A DNA stretch of 41,837 nt from an uncultured Oligoflexus sp. (GTDB taxonomy: Bacteria; Bdellovibrionota_B; Oligoflexia; Oligoflexales; Oligoflexaceae), in NCBI GenBank assembly GCA_964236955.1, contig CAXSGP010000009.1:23672-65508 (forward strand), read 5' to 3'. The notes below the pieces were generated by a model. It did not search any database. It was not told the origin of the DNA and worked only from the letters and a program-made list of their open reading frames with translations. The position numbers and the translations under genes were made by a program. Below are positions 36,932 through 41,837 of this stretch, in pieces (the stretch's first letter is position 1; every line of letters starts with the position of its first letter).

Positions 36932-39007
36932 GTGAAGATTGCTATGACCCCGAAATCCATGGTTGAAGCTTTCAAAAATAGACTGAATACCCTAAGGGAG
37001 CATGGACCAAAGGGCCTCAGACCGCTTCCCACGGTCCTCGCGGTGCTGGCTTTCCTGATCCTCGCAAGCTCGATCGCTTTGTACAGTTGGGTAAGCAGTA
37101 TCAGTATCGACGAATCCAAGCTCGATGTTATCGTCAACTACGAACATTCCGACAATAGTTTGGTCTTTGACAAGTCCGGCAAGCAGATCGGTGAATTCTT
37201 CAACGACTATCACGTCTACTATCCCTATGACAAGATCCCCCCCATGATGGTCAACGCCGTCCTTTCCATCGAGGACCGCGCCTTTTTTCAACATCATGGC
37301 CTCGACTACAAAGCCATCCTGAGAGCAGGCCTGGCCCTGTTAACGACGGGCCATCTCAAGCAGGGCGCCAGCACCATCACGCAGCAGGTTGTGCGCAATT
37401 TCCTTCTGACTCCTGAGCGAAAGCTCTCGCGAAAGGTCAAGGAAGCCCTCTTATCCCTGCAGCTTGAGCGCAAGATGAACAAGGAACGCATCCTGGAAAT
37501 CTATCTTAACGCCCTTTTTTTAGGCCAGGGATCCTATGGGGTTGGCGCCGCCGCCCAAAGGCATTTTGGCAAGACCCTGGAAGAACTCAAGCCTCACGAA
37601 ATGGCTTTGATCGCCGGGCTCTTTCAATCCCCCACGCGTTTTAACCCTCACAAATATCCCAAAGCGGCAAAAAAGCGTCAGCTCAATGTCTTGAAGGCGA
37701 TGAAGGCCAATGGCTTTTTATCGGCTGCCGAAGTCAGGAAATGGAGCGACGAGCCCCTCGTGTATCAGGCCCCAAGTTCCATGAACCAAAGTATTGCGCC
37801 TTTCTTTCTGGATGCCATTCAGGAACAGACAGATAAGCTACTGTCGGGGAAATTTAAGGGCAAAGGTCTGCGAATCACAACGACCCTTGACCTGGACCTG
37901 CAGCAGGAACTCAATACGATACTGCAGAAATCAAACAGCATCTATCAATCCGCAGCCCAGAATCTTGTCAATGTGAAGAAGCCAAAGGAATCGATGATCG
38001 AGGCGGCTTCGCTGGTCATGAACCACCGGTCGGGTCAGATTCTAGCCATGATCGGCGGGCGTAACTTTCAGCGCTCCCAATTCAATCGGGCCCTGAAGGC
38101 CAAACGCTCCCCTGGATCCTGTTTTAAGCCGGTGGTCTACACACAGGCCTTGATGAATGGGGTGAATTGGACCGATGTTACGTATATTGCGCCAGTGGTC
38201 ATACAGAATTACCGGCCGCAAAACTACAGTTATGAATTCATGTCGGAAGCGACCTATTACAACGCATTTTATCGTTCGATCAACACTCCCGTGGTTGAAC
38301 TTGGATCTCGCCTTGGCATCAAGAAAGTCATCGAAAACGCCTACAAAATGGGCGTCAAGTCTGAACTTAAAGCCCAGGCCGGCACCTTGCTCGGCGGCGC
38401 GGAGATGACCATGCTGGATCTGGCGCAGATCTATGGCACCATCGGCAACGAGGGGGAACGCCCCGAGCCCTTTATGATCGAGAAAATTACCAGTCGCGAT
38501 GGAGAGCTGCTGTTTGAACACAAAGCGCCCGAAGCGACCCGAGTGATGCCAAAGGCCGTGGCCTATCTGATGACCCATGCGATGCAGGCTGTTTTTCGCT
38601 ATGGGACGGCTTCTCGTTATCCCGAATTCTCAAACTATGCCGCAGGTAAGACGGGCACGACCAACGAGGCCAAGGACAACTGGTTCTGCGGTTTTACTCA
38701 CGACATCACAGCGGTGGTCTGGGTGGGTACCGACGAGAACTATGCCTTCAGCGGTCAGGTCGCTGGCGGTACCATGGCCTTGCCTATTTGGGCTAAAATG
38801 ATGGCACGTATTAAGGATCGATATCCTCAGGCTCCGTTTGAGACGCCTGAGGGGGTCGTTATGATGAAAGTAAATCCGCTGTTTGGATTTCAAGATCCCA
38901 ATGGCATCGATATGCCTCTTCTGGAAGGTCGCGGCCCCAGTCGTCTGGAATCCACACTCACTATCGTCCGGGATACCGGCTCGTTTCGGGACGCATTGGA
39001 TTGGTAA
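36932..39007 (+). CDS. Class A penicillin-binding protein (PBP1A family)
   Basis: TM anchor. Transglycosylase motifs EDRAF, GASTITQQ, RKVKE, LEIYLN. Transpeptidase motifs SCFK, SIN, KTG. Confidence 0.95.
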   Translation: MKIAMTPKSMVEAFKNRLNTLREHGPKGLRPLPTVLAVLAFLILASSIALYSWVSSISIDESKLDVIVNYEHSDNSLVFDKSGKQIGEFFNDYHVYYPYDKIPPMMVNAVLSIEDRAFFQHHGLDYKAILRAGLALLTTGHLKQGASTITQQVVRNFLLTPERKLSRKVKEALLSLQLERKMNKERILEIYLNALFLGQGSYGVGAAAQRHFGKTLEELKPHEMALIAGLFQSPTRFNPHKYPKAAKKRQLNVLKAMKANGFLSAAEVRKWSDEPLVYQAPSSMNQSIAPFFLDAIQEQTDKLLSGKFKGKGLRITTTLDLDLQQELNTILQKSNSIYQSAAQNLVNVKKPKESMIEAASLVMNHRSGQILAMIGGRNFQRSQFNRALKAKRSPGSCFKPVVYTQALMNGVNWTDVTYIAPVVIQNYRPQNYSYEFMSEATYYNAFYRSINTPVVELGSRLGIKKVIENAYKMGVKSELKAQAGTLLGGAEMTMLDLAQIYGTIGNEGERPEPFMIEKITSRDGELLFEHKAPEATRVMPKAVAYLMTHAMQAVFRYGTASRYPEFSNYAAGKTGTTNEAKDNWFCGFTHDITAVVWVGTDENYAFSGQVAGGTMALPIWAKMMARIKDRYPQAPFETPEGVVMMKVNPLFGFQDPNGIDMPLLEGRGPSRLESTLTIVRDTGSFRDALDW

Positions 39008-39009
39008 CT

Positions 39010-40455
39010 ATGAAGAAGAGTTTTTACGGCAGCCTCTTAGCCCTGCTACTCGCCGCATCGCCGGGCCTCTTCGCCGAGGATATCCCGACGACGCCGGAGA
39101 ACTGTAAGCGAATCTATGATAGCTCAATGCAGTATTACAAGGCCTTGGGCCTTTATTTGCCGCCCCAGTATAAATATCACGATCAGCTGCCGAGCCATCA
39201 GTTTCTAAAGCTGCCGGATGATGGCTGCAGCCTTATCGATACCATCGACCTCTATCAGCGCGTGGTGAGTCTGCACTCCCAGAAGATAGCGATCATGCTG
39301 CCGATGAACCGCTGGTCGAAGCCGACTCAGAATATTCTCATGGCTCAGATTAAAGGCTACGTGGCCTCGAAGGGTCTGGATCCTGAAAAGACTATCATCT
39401 GGCTCGATACCGCCGGCCAATTGCAGAGGATGCAGGAGCAGCTTGCCGCTCTTGTGTTCACGCAGCACGTAAGCATGATCATAGGCGGCATGACTTTAGC
39501 TGAAGCGCCGGTCCTATCGAAATGGGCGGATCGGCTCCGCATTCCGGCGATCATTCTCAATAAGAAATTTGCCTCCCCGCGCTCACGTTATATCTTTCGG
39601 CTGGGACCCGATAACAGGCAGATGGCTTTTTCGCTGTTAAAATACGTGATGAGCAAGGGCTACAAAAAAATCGCGATCATGATGCCGCAGACTTCACGGG
39701 ATGGAAGTTTTGCCGATGCTCTGCTCAATAACGGCAAGGTGGAAACGGTCGGGCCTTTGGTCTATAACCCGGCCGATTTCAGCTCTATCGATCAGGTCTT
39801 TAAGCGTCTTTTTCATCTCAATGACGAAGCGCGCAAACCGGAACTCCTCGATCTGATCAACGAAATGAAGGATAAATCCAAGGAGGAGGGCGTGGCTTTC
39901 GATCCGAAAGGGCTGATGCTACCCCCACTCGTCGATGTCGATGCACTCGTCATCATCGACCATTTTAAGAATGTTCGTCACCTCGCAAAGAGCCTGCACT
40001 TCTACGGTGTAAAACAATTGCCGCTGCTCGGAATTCCCAAGTGGCGGGCACCCGAACTTGTCGATCAAGCGGAGGAGAATCTCAATGGAGCGGTGTTCGT
40101 CGATTATGTCGGGAGTTATAAAAAGCTGCCCTATGGCATCAAAGCGGACATCGTCAATGACGAGAATATGATCGAGGGTTCTGAAGCCTCTATGGTTGAC
40201 ATCGAACTCGTGGTCAATCATGCCGTCGCAGCTGCTGTCGAAACGCTGCTGGGCCCCCGGATACCCCGCTTTTCCCTGTATAAGCGCCTGGAGCTTGTTG
40301 AGCCCACAGATAAGGAGTTCTTTGGAGCCGGCCCGATCTTCAAGATGGACCATGAAGGCAACTGGCCGAACTTCCTGTTCTCAATCCGTAATGGAAGGCT
40401 TGAGGCTATGAATCGCACGGTGCCGAGACTAAGGGCGCCGGCTAAGGCGCTTTGA
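39010..40455 (+). CDS. Periplasmic binding protein type 1 fold, LpoA/LppC-like candidate PBP activator
   Basis: ATG 39010 is 2 nt after the PBP stop. Signal peptide (LFA-E), KIAIMLP, WLDT, IIGG, YIFRLG, YKKIAIMMP, DALVIID, LPLLG..W. Confidence 0.65.
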   Translation: MKKSFYGSLLALLLAASPGLFAEDIPTTPENCKRIYDSSMQYYKALGLYLPPQYKYHDQLPSHQFLKLPDDGCSLIDTIDLYQRVVSLHSQKIAIMLPMNRWSKPTQNILMAQIKGYVASKGLDPEKTIIWLDTAGQLQRMQEQLAALVFTQHVSMIIGGMTLAEAPVLSKWADRLRIPAIILNKKFASPRSRYIFRLGPDNRQMAFSLLKYVMSKGYKKIAIMMPQTSRDGSFADALLNNGKVETVGPLVYNPADFSSIDQVFKRLFHLNDEARKPELLDLINEMKDKSKEEGVAFDPKGLMLPPLVDVDALVIIDHFKNVRHLAKSLHFYGVKQLPLLGIPKWRAPELVDQAEENLNGAVFVDYVGSYKKLPYGIKADIVNDENMIEGSEASMVDIELVVNHAVAAAVETLLGPRIPRFSLYKRLELVEPTDKEFFGAGPIFKMDHEGNWPNFLFSIRNGRLEAMNRTVPRLRAPAKAL

Positions 40456-40482
40456 TGGGAAGCTGTGGGCTCGGGTGCTCGA

Positions 40483-41397
40483 TCAGGGACCAAATTCGGC
40501 CTTCCACCAATTTACGAGATCGGTATTCTGAATCGAACCCCGCATGTGCACCTGGATTCTATTGTATAAAAAATTATTATTCGCCGACCAGCCAGCATTG
40601 CTACCGTTTCGACTCATCATTTCCCAACGATCTTCATAAGCTAAGCCGTGGCAGCCGCAGCCTTTTACAAGGCCGCTGGCATTGTATAAGGCTTCAGCCT
40701 GGCCTCCTTTTGGAGAAAAAAAGGTCATATTATAAGGGGCTTTGGCATTCAGGAGAACATCAAGCCCATTTATGACCGCATAAATATTCACCTTATGCGG
40801 CTTGCTGTCACGGAACTCCTTAGGCACTTCAAAGTAGAGAGCGTGCTCGCCTTCCAGCCCAGCATCGGGGCCGGTCCGTTCAGCTTTGGTCGTACCGACT
40901 AACTTCCCTGTTTTGTTATCGCCGTCTAAAAAAATTTTGATATCAAAATAATCATCTGGATTATTTTTATCACCCGCGTAGCCCACTATCTTCCCCGTCC
41001 GGATGAAATAAGTTGATGGGTCAAGTCCATAGACGAGAGATAGCGGCGGTTTCCCAGGCATGGGTGGAACCGGGGTCATAGGGGTAGGCAAAGGCAAAGG
41101 CAAAGGCAGAGCAGGAGCTGGCGGCATGGGGCTTGAATCCACGGGATTGGTAACAACCGGGTTGGCGGGATTGCCAACGGCTGGAGCCATCGGCTCAACC
41201 GGTGTCGGCGGAATCGGATTGATGACCGGTCCTGGCCCTCCGGCAGCTGATTGATTATGTTCAGGTTCTGGGGCAGGGCTTATCGGCTTTGAAACAACGG
41301 TGAGCTGCTTTTTTAGGGGTTCGACTGGCCTTGACTTACAAAAGCTCGTCATACAGGAAAGCGAAAAAAGACCCATGATCGTCGAAAGTTTTTTCAC
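40483..41397 (-). CDS. Hypothetical exported protein, probably a lipoprotein, with Pro-rich linker and C-terminal CxCH
   Basis: N-terminal KK plus hydrophobic stretch and Cys, long Pro-rich region, beta-rich domain (GKIVGYAGD..IKIFLDG), GCGCH near the C-terminus. Confidence 0.75.
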   Translation of the reverse strand: MKKLSTIMGLFSLSCMTSFCKSRPVEPLKKQLTVVSKPISPAPEPEHNQSAAGGPGPVINPIPPTPVEPMAPAVGNPANPVVTNPVDSSPMPPAPALPLPLPLPTPMTPVPPMPGKPPLSLVYGLDPSTYFIRTGKIVGYAGDKNNPDDYFDIKIFLDGDNKTGKLVGTTKAERTGPDAGLEGEHALYFEVPKEFRDSKPHKVNIYAVINGLDVLLNAKAPYNMTFFSPKGGQAEALYNASGLVKGCGCHGLAYEDRWEMMSRNGSNAGWSANNNFLYNRIQVHMRGSIQNTDLVNWWKAEFGP

Positions 41398-41428
41398 AGG
41401 GCACCTATCCTCTATGATCCGAGTTTGC

Positions 41429-41455
41429 TCATCGGCTGAATGGCTAAGATCTTAA
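41429..41455 (-). promoter_or_regulatory. sigma28/FliA-like promoter
   Basis: Minus strand TTAAG-N14-GCCGATGA, 32 nt upstream of the GTG at 41397. Confidence 0.65.
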
Positions 41456-41595
41456 ATTCTAAACGGACCAAAGGTGTTCATCAAATTGGGCTTCGAGACT
41501 TAAGCTCAAGGATTCTTGGATAAAAATCAAAATGTATTGCCATTCCTCATGGTAGGAGTGAAATCCTATCTCCTAGTCCAAAGCCCACAAAGCTG

Positions 41596-41620
41596 AACCC
41601 CGCCTTAAAAAAGCGGGGCC
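41596..41620 (-). terminator. Hairpin downstream of the pentapeptide-repeat gene
   Basis: Minus strand GGCCCCGCUU-uuuu-AAGGCGGGGUU. Confidence 0.55.
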
Positions 41621-41656
41621 CTAAGATTCATCTTCATCTATAGACCCAGGAAAACT

Positions 41657-41836
41657 TCAGAGATCGTCAACGTCGGTCACAAAAGTGGCGACGCTGCATA
41701 CTCCCATTTTCCTGAAAGGAGCGGGAATATCGGTCTTGCACATTATAGCACCGGTGAGAATGGAGTGGTCAAAAAAAGCGTTCTTAAACGTTGTTTGAGT
41801 AAAGTTAGCCAACTTAAAATTAGAATTCTCCAGATG
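41657..41836 (-). CDS. 3' end of a pentapeptide-repeat protein (partial, runs off window end)
   Basis: Manual translation HLEN SNFKL ANFTQ TTFKN AFFDH SILTG AIMCK TD...DDL* fits [STA]x[FL]xx periodicity. Confidence 0.75.
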   Translation of the reverse strand, partial: HLENSNFKLANFTQTTFKNAFFDHSILTGAIMCKTDIPAPFRKMGVCSVATFVTDVDDL

Positions 41837-41837
41837 A

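Noticed and set aside
1..41837. CRISPR arrays, IS elements, prophage, rRNA or tRNA genes
   Set aside because: I saw no regularly spaced repeats, transposase, integrase or phage motifs, or canonical RNA gene signatures on reading by eye.

Overview
About 42 kb of bacterial chromosome, roughly 50% GC by eye, densely coding. I see no rRNA, tRNA, CRISPR array, transposase or phage genes. Gene content and style suggest a Bdellovibrionota/Oligoflexia-like or related deltaproteobacterial organism, which is inference only. Housekeeping and envelope genes: heterodimeric ABC exporter, GT2 polyprenyl glycosyltransferase, hybrid histidine kinase, MPG glycosylase, quinone oxidoreductase, Prc/Tsp protease, pyruvate kinase, thioesterase/TetR, UppP, diguanylate cyclase, PBP1A plus an LpoA-like protein. 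Five things stand out. (1) Two separate modules, each pairing a lipoprotein of the oomycete GP42 'transglutaminase elicitor' family with an exported partner; one carries a Pep-13-like VWNQPV.G peptide and an intact Cys-His-Asp set. (2) A co-oriented run of giant Ser/Thr kinase, tatA, a complementary ArsA/Get3-like ATPase pair and mlaEFD, where MlaD has a C-terminal beta-barrel-like domain. (3) Five sigma28/FliA-like promoters (TTAAG-N14/15-(G/T)(C/T)CGA(T/A)) in front of non-flagellar genes. (4) A roughly 350-nt ORF-free, hairpin-dense intergenic region (15322-15670) that looks like an unannotated + strand structured RNA. (5) Several degenerate signalling domains. All family calls come from motif recognition by eye; no database searches were run.
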